Positions 39,622 through 49,548 of a stretch of 64,000 bases of DNA are shown in pieces. Source of the stretch: Pontiella sp. (GTDB lineage Bacteria > Verrucomicrobiota > Kiritimatiellia > Kiritimatiellales > Pontiellaceae); the NCBI GenBank assembly GCA_050290185.1, contig JBNKHE010000002.1, positions 336,385 to 400,384 on the forward strand. The letters run 5' to 3'. The notes under the pieces are model-generated. The model worked only from the letters and a program-made list of their open reading frames with translations. It searched no databases and was not told the origin of the DNA. The translations under genes and the position numbers were made by a program. The stretch's first letter is position 1, and each line of letters starts with the position of its first letter.

Positions 39622-40203
39622 TTATTGAGACCTGAATAGTTCGATCAGTTCGGCGGTTTCGGCAAATTGCACGCCCCGGATCTGCATGTGCTTGATGGCG
39701 CAACGACCATCATCGGGCTTCACGTTGACTGCGCGGACGGCATCGGTCGCGACCGTGACGGCGAATCCGAGGCGATGGGCGTCGAGCGCCGTGTTCTTTA
39801 CGCAATAGTCGGTCGTGAGGCCGGCGATAACCACGGCGTCGACGGATTGCTTCTTGAGCATTTCGGTAAGGGGGGTTCCCTCGAAGCCCGAATAGGCCTC
39901 CTTGTCCGGTTCGTCCGCCTTCGAGATGATCGTTGCGCCGGCGGACACATGCAGGTCGGCATGGAACTCCGCGCCGGGCGTGCCGGCGATGCAGTGCGGC
40001 GGCCACGGGCCACCGTTGGCCAAGAATGAACTATGGTGCTCCGGATGCCAGTCGCGGGTAAAGAACATGGGCCACCCCAGGCGTTCGAAATGGCGGACCA
40101 GCTGATTGATTGGCTCAACAACCTTGTCCCCTTCGTCCACGCCCAAGGCGCCGCCCGGACAAAAGTCCTTCTGCACATCCACGACCAGCAGCGCGGTTTT
40201 CAT
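39622..40203 (-). CDS. pncA: Nicotinamidase/pyrazinamidase
   Basis: 'VVDVQKDFCPGGAL', 'TRDWHP..H.SF', 'WPPHC..GT.GA', 'YSGF', 'GLTTDYCVK.TA.DA'. Confidence 0.95.
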   Translation of the reverse strand: MKTALLVVDVQKDFCPGGALGVDEGDKVVEPINQLVRHFERLGWPMFFTRDWHPEHHSSFLANGGPWPPHCIAGTPGAEFHADLHVSAGATIISKADEPDKEAYSGFEGTPLTEMLKKQSVDAVVIAGLTTDYCVKNTALDAHRLGFAVTVATDAVRAVNVKPDDGRCAIKHMQIRGVQFAETAELIELFRSQ

Positions 40204-40221
40204 TTCAAGTTTCCTATCGGT

Positions 40222-40407
40222 TTATTCCTCGAGAACAATGGCTTCAACGGGGCAGCTTTCGGCGGCTTCCCGGCATGCGCCTTCCGCATCGGAAGGTACC
40301 GGGTCGTTTGCCTTGGCCGTGCTGCCGTCCATCTCGAAGACCTGCGGGCAGATATCGGGACAGAGACCGCAACCGGTACAGATATCCGGATCGACTTTTG
40401 CTTTCAT
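40222..40407 (-). CDS. Single-cluster ferredoxin
   Basis: 'CTGCGLCPDICP.VF' and 'AAESCPVEAI'; AGGAGG RBS. Confidence 0.92.
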   Translation of the reverse strand: MKAKVDPDICTGCGLCPDICPQVFEMDGSTAKANDPVPSDAEGACREAAESCPVEAIVLEE

Positions 40408-40538
40408 ATCGACCTCCTGTTGTTTTGATCCCTTTCGGGCTACATCCCAAAGTGTAGGGCCTTTTCTGCGCATGGCAACCGAATAAACGGATCCTTGATT
40501 AGGACACCGGCCGTGATAGACTCCGCGTTGAAGAAGGG

Positions 40539-41678
40539 ATGGCCATGAAACCGCGGTTTACAGTGCAATCATGCCGACTGCCGCTCCACGAACTTCGTTG
40601 CGGCTACTATTCCGACATCTATTTCTGGCGGGAAAAACTCACCCTTGAACGGCATGCGCTCCATCCAAACGCCACCATGCAGGTTTTCCAGAAAAAGAAC
40701 GCGCTACTGTGCGGCATCGAGGAGGTGCTGACCGTCCTGCGCGCGGCGAGTGGCCACTATGCCGACCCGCAACGCGCCGCGGAGCTTTTCACACAATACC
40801 TGCAAACGGATGATCGTGCCGACATCGCCCGCGACCTGGACGACTTGTGGGTGGACGGCTTCGGCCAGCTCGACATCCAGTCGCTGAAAGATGGCGATGC
40901 GATTTCGCCCTGGGAGAGCGTGATGCACATTTCAGGCGACGCCGCGTTGTTCGCCCATCTCGAAACGGTCTATCTGGGCATTCTTTCCCGCCGGACAAAA
41001 ATCGCAACGAACACGAAAACGACGGTCGATGCCGCCGCCGGCAAGCCCGTACTGTTTTTCCCCGCGCGCTTCGACCACTGGACCGTTCAGGAAGGCGACG
41101 GCTACGCCGCCTTCATCGGCGGCGCGTTCGGCGTTTCGACGCCGGCGCAGGCGGCTTGGATGCAGACCGAGGCCCTCGGCACGATACCCCATGCCTTGAT
41201 CGCGGCGGTGAGCGGCGATACGGTGAGAGCGGTTTCGCTGTTCGGCGAACGTTTCCCCGACGTCAACCTGGTGGCACTGGTTGATTTCGACAACGACAGC
41301 ATCGGCACAACGCTCCAATGCTGCAAGGCGCTGGGCAACCGGCTTTGGGGCGTACGACTCGATACCTCGGGGGAAATCACGGACAAATCGGCATCCGGCC
41401 CCGGCGTAACCGCCGACTTGGTGAAACAAACCCGCCAGCAACTTGATGAAAGCGGGTTCCGCCACGTCAAGATCGTGGCCTCCGGCGGCTTCACTCCCGG
41501 GCGCATCCGGCGGTTCGAAGCTTTGCAATGCCCGGTCGATGCCTACGGCGTGGGTAGCTTCCTGATGCAAGGATCCTATGATTTCACCGCCGACATCGTG
41601 CTCGTGAACGGCAAGCCCTGCGCGAAGGCCGGCCGGATGTTCAACCCCAATCCCCGGCTCCGGCCCATCGATGGATAA
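40539..41678 (+). CDS. pncB: Nicotinate phosphoribosyltransferase-like protein
   Basis: 'YSDIYF', 'GTIPHALI', 'LVDFDND', 'GVRLDTSG', 'KIVASGGF', 'AYGVGS', 'FTADIV'; divergent from pncA. Confidence 0.85.
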   Translation: MAMKPRFTVQSCRLPLHELRCGYYSDIYFWREKLTLERHALHPNATMQVFQKKNALLCGIEEVLTVLRAASGHYADPQRAAELFTQYLQTDDRADIARDLDDLWVDGFGQLDIQSLKDGDAISPWESVMHISGDAALFAHLETVYLGILSRRTKIATNTKTTVDAAAGKPVLFFPARFDHWTVQEGDGYAAFIGGAFGVSTPAQAAWMQTEALGTIPHALIAAVSGDTVRAVSLFGERFPDVNLVALVDFDNDSIGTTLQCCKALGNRLWGVRLDTSGEITDKSASGPGVTADLVKQTRQQLDESGFRHVKIVASGGFTPGRIRRFEALQCPVDAYGVGSFLMQGSYDFTADIVLVNGKPCAKAGRMFNPNPRLRPIDG

Positions 41679-41709
41679 GCTCATGATTCAAAAGAAAAGG
41701 AAACATCCC

Positions 41710-42195
41710 ATGCTGGCTCCAACTCTCGTAATGGCAATCCTTGCACTCGTTCTTCTTTTCCTCGGACATCAAAAGGGCGGCGGCGAAGACGTCGCCGGAC
41801 TGAAAATCGCCTTTCACATGACCTGGACCATTCTGCCTCTGCTGCTTTTCGCCTTCATAATTGCCGGAATGGTACAAACGCTCATTCCCGCCCAGACGGT
41901 ATCCCAATGGATCGGCGAGAAATCCGGATTCCGGGGAATTCTTCTCGGTTCGATCGCTGGCGGACTCACCCCCGGCGGCCCCTATGTCAGCCTCCCCATC
42001 GCAACCGGTCTCGTTCGCTCCGGCGCCGGTATCGGTACGATGGTGGCGTTCCTGACCGGGTGGTCGCTCTGGGCGGTGGCGCGGTTACCGATGGAAGTGG
42101 GCATTCTGGGCTGGCGGTTGACGCTGGCACGGGTGGCCAGCACCCTGATCTTCCCGCCCATTGCCGGTCTGATTGCAAACCTGCTGTTCAAGTAG
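41710..42195 (+). CDS. Small permease (DUF318/ArsP-like half)
   Basis: 'G..SG.RGI..G...G.LTPGGPYV.LP', 'P.EV..LG......R'; hydrophobic throughout. Confidence 0.78.
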   Translation: MLAPTLVMAILALVLLFLGHQKGGGEDVAGLKIAFHMTWTILPLLLFAFIIAGMVQTLIPAQTVSQWIGEKSGFRGILLGSIAGGLTPGGPYVSLPIATGLVRSGAGIGTMVAFLTGWSLWAVARLPMEVGILGWRLTLARVASTLIFPPIAGLIANLLFK

Positions 42196-42220
42196 ATTTG
42201 GAGCACAGGGGGAAACATAC

Positions 42221-42255
42221 AAAAGCGGCGGCACCCTACGGGCGACGCCGCTTTT
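42221..42255. terminator. Bidirectional terminator between convergent genes
   Basis: aaaagcggcg...cgccgctttt. Confidence 0.75.
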
Positions 42256-42275
42256 CGAAGGAACATGCCACGCAA

Positions 42276-45200
42276 TTATTGCAGGCCGATATTCAACCGC
42301 ATGAATTCGTTGGTTTGCGTTGATATCAGGAATGCCGAACGTGCTGTGAGGTTGGTCGTACTGTCTTCCAGCACAACTGTTGTCGCCGAGCTCCAGTCGT
42401 TGGACACCAGATTCGTGGTGCGTTCAACGGCATAGTCGATATCGGGCGCGACCCCATCGCGTGCGTACGACACCTGAAAATAGCCGCCGATCATCCCGGC
42501 CAGCCCCGATGCCGGCACCGATCCGGCATCCGTTGCCAAGGAGCCCATGGCGTACTCCCACAGATTCCAGTATCCGTCAAAATCGGCATCGTCATAGGGA
42601 TCGCGGTTGAGACCCAGTGCATCGCCGTTTTCCAACTGCCAGGTGGCATAACCACCGCTGGAGGCACCGACTGGATCCGATTGCCAGATGGCCCCGCCAT
42701 CGCCCACGGTGATGAATGTGCCGTCATAATAGACGGCCGCATTGCGATCATCCTGGCCGGGCGTGGAAATCTCCGACCAGTTGACGCCATCGAGCGAGAC
42801 CAGATTGATGTCGGTGGCCGAGCTGTAGTAGTTGCCCGCCGCCAGATAGGTTCCGTTTCCGTAGGCGAACGCCGGGATGTCGTAGGTATCGCTTAGGTTG
42901 TTGGTAAAGGTTGCACCCTGGTCGGTAGAATACTGGATACTGGAGCGCCACCCACCTGCCAGAAAACGATCATTGCAGTACTGGATATGGAACAGCCACA
43001 TATTATCCGTAATGTCCACCCCGCTGGAATGATCCGTCCAAGACGACCCGTTGGAGGACGTTAGCACGACCTCCGGTGTCGTGCCGCCCTCGTCGCCCAC
43101 CACGACAAACACGCCGTCGCCATAACTGACGCCCTGCAAGTCGGTGCTGGTGCCGGACGAGACCGTGCTCCAGCTGATCCCATCGGTCGAGCGGACAATC
43201 GTGCCGTTGTCGCCGACAGCCACATAGTAGCCCCCGCCATAGGCAACATCGTTAAGGCGGATATTGGAGACACTGCCGGAATTGGAATCGTAGCGTTCCG
43301 TCCAAGAGGTTCCGTCCGGTGAGGTATAGATGGTCTGCTCCCATCCCCCCACGCCAAAATCATAGTCCATGCCCACGGCAATAAATTTGGCCCCGTCATG
43401 GGTGACTGCACGGAGAAAAATATTCTGAGATGGGACATTATAACTGATGAGCGACGTCCAATTGGTTCCATCATCCGAATAGAGCGTAGTTTCTTCGTCG
43501 GTCACCGCGACAAGACGGCTCCCGCCCAAAGCTATATCCATTAGATTTATCGAAATGCCCGAGGTGCGTTGCGTCCAGTTCTCAAGCGGGCTGGACAGGA
43601 TTACGGATTGGGAAACCTTGTTGGTTCCGCCTTTCATGTCGGACACCACGCATCTCACGGTTGCGGTGCTGCCGGAAAGCCAAGCCACGGGAATCGTGGC
43701 CGCGTTGGGTTTCACCAGGCCATCGCCGATATCCCAATGGTAGGCCAGCTCGTCGCCATCAAGATCCGAGGCGGTTACGCTGAACAGCGCACTCTCCTGA
43801 ACGCCGAGACTGGGCGGCCCGCTGATCGAAGCCGTCGGCGGATTGTTGCCGGGAAACGCCCCCAGATTGACGGTGATGTCCATCCAGGCATTCGAGCTCT
43901 GCCCGCCGCGCGCCACCGGAGTGATGTGCACATCGGCGGATGTATCGGAATAGGTCTGGCCCAGCACCAATCCACCGTCATATTTTCCGTCAGCGGATTG
44001 CGGGGAGAGGTCGAGCAGATAGGACCGGTTGTCACCCGATTTTTTCCAGAGTAGGTAGGCTCCGCGGCCATAGGTTTCATAACCCGGATATTCCTGCCGC
44101 AGGCCGACCCAATACTGATCGCTTCCGCCCTTGTCGATTTCGAGCCCCTTGAGGACTCCCATAGTCTGGTAATCATCGAAGCGATAGACCCGATAGGTTC
44201 CGGAGGTGGAAACCGTCTGCCATTCGGAGGAGTCGAGCCACCCGATGTGGCGCTTGTGCCAGCAATTGAAATGCCCTTCCGGCACATCGCCCGAACCCAT
44301 GATATCCGTGAAGTCGCCATACTCGGTCGCGGTGCCGGACGGATCGACCGGACTGTTCCCCGTCACGGCCCACGAAGACGCGTGCCTGGCGCCATAGTTG
44401 TGCCCCAACTCGTGAACCACTACGTCTGGAGTCGTATAGCCATTAAGCCATAATTTGCTCCCTCCGACACTGGCCAGACCGGCCCACGAAAAGCCCCCCA
44501 CGGACGGAAAGAGCACACACACGGTTTCATAGGATGAAAGGTCGGTGCCACCCAACGCCGCAACGGCATCGGCATGCAGCAAGTCCACATCATTCGTGTA
44601 GGTGCTCATCGGATGCGGGAGGCGATAGGTGGTCGGGGTGACCGTTCCAACGATATACGTCTGTTCATACGACATTTCGGAAATCTGCTGCGCAACCGTA
44701 GAGTTGAGCGAGTTGGAAAAAGCCGTCGGATCGGCGGGCTGCCCTGTGTTGTCGGGAAAGTCGACCATGATCACATACATGTCGCGGGCGGTGCCGGCCC
44801 AGGCCGCCGCAGCCGCATTCGCGGCGGTCTCGAGCGCGGCAAAATCAATTTCCCCATTGATGACATATGCTTCAAGCGGTTCGAAAAGCGCCTGCGCCCC
44901 GCTATCGGGCCCGGGCAGTTCTTCCAGTGCCGCGATCCGCTCATTCGCTTCGTCGAATGCGGCGCGGTTTTTGAAATAGAAGAGTTTCCCGCCGGCCAGT
45001 GCCGCAACGGATTCACCTCCCGGGTCAGCCATGGCGACAGGATACATCGATCGTGCCGCCTCAAGGTCGGCAGCCCCCAGCAATTGGAAAACATTCGGGC
45101 GCAATGCACCAACGCCATCGATTTCGATCCCCTGCACCGGCATGCCGTGCTTGGAAGCAAGGCCGCTACGTCGCCCGTATACATGGGTTTCAAGTTTTGC

Positions 45201-45620
45201 ACCGGTCGGCAGCTCGGTCTGGATGAAGGTCTCGCTGTCGTCCGGTCCACAGGCGATCAGTACCTCCACATTGGCTACGGCACTGAAAGGCCGCTCAACA
45301 TGTTGACGAATCTCGGGCGGCAGGCTTTGCCACTCGGAAAGGGTCAGCGATTCCAGAATGGCCTGTTCGGGATGGGTCTGGATCAGGTCGCGCATCCGGA
45401 CGCCGCGCTGTTTTGCCAGTTCAATCCCCTGCGACAAATCGGCGCCGTTCCCAGCCATCCATTCCCGCAGGCCGGCGGTTTTCCGTACACCAGGCTGAGC
45501 CGGAACTTCGGGATGCGCTTCGGGTGTCCCGCGGGAAGGGGTACGCTGCATTCGGACCAGTCCGGCAAGAATGAGCATGCCTAAAAGGATGAATAGTCCG
45601 TTTCTTTGCCACGTGCGCAT
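42276..45620 (-). CDS. Large secreted zinc metalloprotease (M11/M6-like) with PKD/Ig domain, BNR-type repeats and PVC-type C-terminal module
   Basis: 'HELGHNYGARH', 'EYGDFTDIMG'; 'ASDLDGDELAYHWD.GDG'; repeated 'S.DG.SW' and 'V.YG.G.FV.VG'; start MRTWQ after GGAGG. Confidence 0.82.
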   Translation of the reverse strand: MRTWQRNGLFILLGMLILAGLVRMQRTPSRGTPEAHPEVPAQPGVRKTAGLREWMAGNGADLSQGIELAKQRGVRMRDLIQTHPEQAILESLTLSEWQSLPPEIRQHVERPFSAVANVEVLIACGPDDSETFIQTELPTGAKLETHVYGRRSGLASKHGMPVQGIEIDGVGALRPNVFQLLGAADLEAARSMYPVAMADPGGESVAALAGGKLFYFKNRAAFDEANERIAALEELPGPDSGAQALFEPLEAYVINGEIDFAALETAANAAAAAWAGTARDMYVIMVDFPDNTGQPADPTAFSNSLNSTVAQQISEMSYEQTYIVGTVTPTTYRLPHPMSTYTNDVDLLHADAVAALGGTDLSSYETVCVLFPSVGGFSWAGLASVGGSKLWLNGYTTPDVVVHELGHNYGARHASSWAVTGNSPVDPSGTATEYGDFTDIMGSGDVPEGHFNCWHKRHIGWLDSSEWQTVSTSGTYRVYRFDDYQTMGVLKGLEIDKGGSDQYWVGLRQEYPGYETYGRGAYLLWKKSGDNRSYLLDLSPQSADGKYDGGLVLGQTYSDTSADVHITPVARGGQSSNAWMDITVNLGAFPGNNPPTASISGPPSLGVQESALFSVTASDLDGDELAYHWDIGDGLVKPNAATIPVAWLSGSTATVRCVVSDMKGGTNKVSQSVILSSPLENWTQRTSGISINLMDIALGGSRLVAVTDEETTLYSDDGTNWTSLISYNVPSQNIFLRAVTHDGAKFIAVGMDYDFGVGGWEQTIYTSPDGTSWTERYDSNSGSVSNIRLNDVAYGGGYYVAVGDNGTIVRSTDGISWSTVSSGTSTDLQGVSYGDGVFVVVGDEGGTTPEVVLTSSNGSSWTDHSSGVDITDNMWLFHIQYCNDRFLAGGWRSSIQYSTDQGATFTNNLSDTYDIPAFAYGNGTYLAAGNYYSSATDINLVSLDGVNWSEISTPGQDDRNAAVYYDGTFITVGDGGAIWQSDPVGASSGGYATWQLENGDALGLNRDPYDDADFDGYWNLWEYAMGSLATDAGSVPASGLAGMIGGYFQVSYARDGVAPDIDYAVERTTNLVSNDWSSATTVVLEDSTTNLTARSAFLISTQTNEFMRLNIGLQ

Positions 45621-45948
45621 AATCATCTCCTCCGGAATAGGTTGCCAGTGGCTTGCGTATACCAAAAAACGGAGAATGAATAACGGCTAAATTGATCCTA
45701 TTTTGCGTAAATTTTCGAATGGCTGATGACTTTCATGCAAATTTTTCCGCGGAGGCGTAACTCTGCATGTTCCATGCTTTACAACACGATTAGAGGTATT
45801 GATCTTGCATACTCTGCTTTCTGTTGATTGATGGTCTCCTGCCCAAAAGGCAAAACATCTACTCTACCTGCTCCAAGTACCATTAATACAGTGCGTTGCA
45901 AGAAACATCCAAGTTGACATTGCGAGACATTCTAATGATATTTCTTAA

Positions 45949-46860
45949 ATGAAATACCTTATTACTATTCCCCGAGCTCCCTATATGAGATCCATGTCAA
46001 TTATCGCATTAGCATCTGGATTGTTGCTTCAGATGGCCCATGCCAGTCAAATCAACCTAACCCACCGCTACAGCTTCAATGACGGCACCGCCTCAGACTC
46101 GGCGGGAAGCTTTAATGGAACACTCGTGAACGGAGCGATGGTAAGCGGTGGAAACCTCGTTTTAGCGAACGATGGAATCAGTACGGAGTCAGCCACCGGA
46201 CAATACGTTTCTCTTCCTGGAAACATTCTGCGTACAAGTAACTTCACGTTGGAGACCTGGTTCACGTTCAATGGTGGAAATCCATGGCAGCGGCTGATCG
46301 ATCTGGGTAATAGCATTCCCGATGAAACACGGGGAACGGTTGGCGATGGCTTCATCATTATTACCCTAAACGGACTAAACAACCCTTTGGGACAAACCTC
46401 AATCAATAGCTGGGGGAATCCCACCGCCACAGATTTCGTTTATGGAACCAACAGCATGCCCATTGGAGGAGAACATGTCCTCACCTACATCCACAGCACC
46501 GATACTCAAATTGAAGAGCTCTACCTAGACGGAGTGATGATTGGCAGCATGGCCGCAACGAATGCAAACCCCGCCGATGCGGTCTATACCAACTTTTATC
46601 TTGGCCGATCGCAGTTCGCTCAGGATCCCTACTACAATGGCTCATTTGATGAAATACGAACCTACGATGGCGCAATGACTAGCGCACAGGTTCTTGAAAG
46701 CTATACTACCGGCCCCGACATTGTGGCAGTCCCCGAGCCCGGTTCGGCGTGCCTGGTTGCGGTGGGCGGATATTTGTTGGTTCAATTCCGCCGGAAACGG
46801 AATAAGATTGCTGCCGAAAACAGTGCCGGTTGCAGACACAGGAAATATGTAGAGTTTTGA
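45949..46860 (+). CDS. LamG-domain PEP-CTERM protein
   Basis: 'LTHRYSF', 'FTLETW', 'WQRLIDLG', 'YNGSFDEIRTYD.A'; C-terminal 'VPEPGS', TM helix, 'RRKR'. Confidence 0.88.
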   Translation: MKYLITIPRAPYMRSMSIIALASGLLLQMAHASQINLTHRYSFNDGTASDSAGSFNGTLVNGAMVSGGNLVLANDGISTESATGQYVSLPGNILRTSNFTLETWFTFNGGNPWQRLIDLGNSIPDETRGTVGDGFIIITLNGLNNPLGQTSINSWGNPTATDFVYGTNSMPIGGEHVLTYIHSTDTQIEELYLDGVMIGSMAATNANPADAVYTNFYLGRSQFAQDPYYNGSFDEIRTYDGAMTSAQVLESYTTGPDIVAVPEPGSACLVAVGGYLLVQFRRKRNKIAAENSAGCRHRKYVEF

Positions 46861-46939
46861 CAACGATCTTGTTTATTTCCTTATTCTGCTCACATGCGAG
46901 TATCCCACTAGCCAATCGCACTCCTCAAACAGCGTGCCG

Positions 46940-47626
46940 TCAGAACGGAACCGGCTCAGTCAAACGAATGGTTTGCGGAGAGGTATTGGCCCGCCACGCA
47001 TAAATTTCCACTCCTTGGGTACCAGCAACCGTCAAGGCACCGGCATATGCGGGATCGATTTCATGCGCGGCGCGGAAGGCGGTGCCGTCGGAGCGGGGAA
47101 TGACGTAGAGCATGGCGGCGCGGTGCCCGGCCTTTACGACATCCACCAATTCCAGCAGATGTTTGCGGCCACGTTCGGTGACCGCGTCAGGAAAAGCGTA
47201 GCATCCGTCTTCGGCCAGCAGGGTTACATTCTTTACCTCGACATAACAGAGCTCACCGCCATTCCTGAGCAAGAGATCGAAGCGGCTGTTGCCGAAGGTT
47301 TGCTCGCGCAGTACTTCGGCATAGCCGGCCAGCTCGGGAATCTTGCCGCTAGATACTGCCTCGAACGCCATTTCGTTGGCGCGGCCGGTGTTGACGCAGA
47401 TCCAGCCGTTGCCGTTGTGCACCAGTTCCCAGGTATAGCGGTATTTACGTTTTGGATTCTGGCTATCGGATAACGCCACGCGCCAACCCGGTTCGGCGCA
47501 GGTCGTCATTCGTCCGGTGTTCGGGCAATGAGCGGTAATCACCGTTCCGTCTTCCAGCTCCACGTCGGCCAGAAACCGTTTGTAGCGCTTGATCAGCGTT
47601 CCGAATATGACAGGTGGCAGTTGCAT
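46940..47626 (-). CDS. sfsA: Sugar fermentation stimulation protein / nuclease SfsA
   Basis: 'KRYKRFLADV', 'AHCPNTG.M', 'SRFDLLL', 'VEVKNVTL', 'FPDAVTERG.KHL.EL'. Confidence 0.95.
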   Translation of the reverse strand: MQLPPVIFGTLIKRYKRFLADVELEDGTVITAHCPNTGRMTTCAEPGWRVALSDSQNPKRKYRYTWELVHNGNGWICVNTGRANEMAFEAVSSGKIPELAGYAEVLREQTFGNSRFDLLLRNGGELCYVEVKNVTLLAEDGCYAFPDAVTERGRKHLLELVDVVKAGHRAAMLYVIPRSDGTAFRAAHEIDPAYAGALTVAGTQGVEIYAWRANTSPQTIRLTEPVPF

Positions 47627-47661
47627 GGTTTGCGGTTGAATGTCAAACTTCTAACTTCAAC

Positions 47662-48555
47662 CTATTCCGGTTTTTTATTCCATGCGGCGATGCAGTCTTC
47701 GATCGTCATTTCGTAGCGCTCGTTGCAGAACTGACAGCTGATACCGACCGGCTCGTTGCGCTTTACGATGGTCATGCGATCGGGAATTGGAATACTGCGC
47801 AAAACGGCCCCCATCTTTTCCTTGCTGCAGCTGCACTTGAACTGCGGAGGCGGGCAGGTTTCAACCTGGATGCCGGCATAGCCGGGCTCATCACCGATCA
47901 ACGCCATGGCAATCTGCTCAAAGTAGCCTTCCGACTCGCTTTCATGTCCGAGCAGTTCGCGGAAGCCCGCTTTATCCATCCCCTGCCGGATGCGGTCAAA
48001 GCGTTCGAGATCGGTATTGGGCAACGCCTGGATCATCCAGCCCTGGCAGAGATGAACCGGACGTTCGGGGTCGGGGTTGAATCCGATCATGGCGCTCATG
48101 CCGGTTTCGATCTGGTCGGAAATGCAGTAGTGATAGGCCAGATCATTTACGACATCGTGGAGCGCAACCGGCGTGGTGCCCGAGTTGGCGATCGCCCCGG
48201 CATTGGAAACGATGACCTGCAAGTCGCCCATCTCGCCGTAAAGCCCTTCGTGCGCATCCTCGAATTGGCTCAATTGCGCCGGAGAGATCAGCGCCCGGAC
48301 GGATCCGTCCTGCCCTGCATCAACCACAACGGTTTTCAGCCCTCCCCGGTATTTCCAACAGGCATTAAGCCGTTGGCCTTCCGGCAATACGGCAGCGGCC
48401 AGCACCGCGCCGGTCAAGGCGCGCCCGAGAATATGCGCACCTGCGGGGTCGCAGTCGTGCCGCACAACGGCCTGGTTGACGGCCGAGGTGGTAACCGCAT
48501 AAGTGAAGGCAATGTCGAGCCCCTTGAAATGGCCTTTGTATAGTAGATCGTTCAT
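47662..48555 (-). CDS. hslO: Hsp33 redox-regulated chaperone
   Basis: 'LGRALTG..L', 'Y...S.QI.T', 'G.MIQALP', Zn motif 'F.CSCS...CQFCNE.Y'. Confidence 0.9.
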   Translation of the reverse strand: MNDLLYKGHFKGLDIAFTYAVTTSAVNQAVVRHDCDPAGAHILGRALTGAVLAAAVLPEGQRLNACWKYRGGLKTVVVDAGQDGSVRALISPAQLSQFEDAHEGLYGEMGDLQVIVSNAGAIANSGTTPVALHDVVNDLAYHYCISDQIETGMSAMIGFNPDPERPVHLCQGWMIQALPNTDLERFDRIRQGMDKAGFRELLGHESESEGYFEQIAMALIGDEPGYAGIQVETCPPPQFKCSCSKEKMGAVLRSIPIPDRMTIVKRNEPVGISCQFCNERYEMTIEDCIAAWNKKPE

Positions 48556-48691
48556 GAGCAGTTTTAAGTTTTAGGGATTAGGTATTCAGTTCAAATGCGC
48601 ATTGGGGAAAACTATCGTGTAGCCCGTTATGTTGCCTAGAAATCATTCTGCTTAATTTCCATTGGGGCGGCGGATTTGCTAGCGTTGCGGC

Positions 48692-49429
48692 ATGGAAAAA
48701 TCCTTTTTACTCTGCATCGCTCATCGCGGGGCGATGGGACACGAGCCGGAGAACACGCTGCGCTCGGTTCGCAAGGCTCTGGCACTGGGCGCGCCGTGCG
48801 TCGAAATCGATGTCTATTGGGTCGATGGCCATCTGATGGTTTTCCACGACGACCGGCTTGAACGAACGACCAACGGAACAGGATATATTCTGGAGAAGTC
48901 GTTCGAAACCCTCCGCTCGCTTGATGCCGGAGCAGGTGAACCGATTCCGACGCTGGAAGAGGTCTGCGAGCTGATCGGCGGCTCAGCCGGGCTCAACATT
49001 GAGCTGAAGGGACCGGACACCGCCGAGCCCGTGGCCGCCGCCATCGCGAAGCTCGTTGAGGCCGGGTGGGACAAAAACGCGCTTCTGGTTTCCTCGTTCA
49101 ATCATCAGGAATTGTTCAACATGCGGCAGCTGGATCCCGATGTTCGGCTCGGCGTCATCACCAAAACCGTCATGCCGGGAGATCTTGATTTTGCAGAATC
49201 GATCGGCGCATTTTCATTCAACCTGTTTCATGCATGCGTAAATCCAAGTCTGGTGGACAATGCGCACGCCCGCGGCATCAGGGTCTATGCCTATACGGTC
49301 AATGAGCCGGATGACTTGACCCGGATGCATGAGATGGAAGTCGACGGCGTTTTCAGTAACTTTCCCGAACGGGTACTGGAACGCTATTCGCAAGGGGATG
49401 GATCCGGATTCTGGGCCGGGAAGCGCTAG
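48692..49429 (+). CDS. Glycerophosphodiester phosphodiesterase
   Basis: 'IAHRGA...PENTL', 'EIDV', 'HD..LERTT.G.G', 'IPTLEEV', 'NIELK', 'VSSFN', 'YTVN', 'VDGVFSNFP'. Confidence 0.93.
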   Translation: MEKSFLLCIAHRGAMGHEPENTLRSVRKALALGAPCVEIDVYWVDGHLMVFHDDRLERTTNGTGYILEKSFETLRSLDAGAGEPIPTLEEVCELIGGSAGLNIELKGPDTAEPVAAAIAKLVEAGWDKNALLVSSFNHQELFNMRQLDPDVRLGVITKTVMPGDLDFAESIGAFSFNLFHACVNPSLVDNAHARGIRVYAYTVNEPDDLTRMHEMEVDGVFSNFPERVLERYSQGDGSGFWAGKR

Positions 49430-49548
49430 AATGGTGGAGAATATTCGAGCAGGGTGGATTACCGGAATGTTCATTTGTGGCCCCGCTTGAAACTTGTTCT
49501 ATCACCACGATCAATCTATGTTTCCTAAGGTGCACCGAGGAGCATACG

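Noticed and set aside
45914..45945. Sigma70 promoter with perfect TTGACA before the PEP-CTERM gene
   Set aside because: No convincing -10 at 16-18 nt spacing, so not called.
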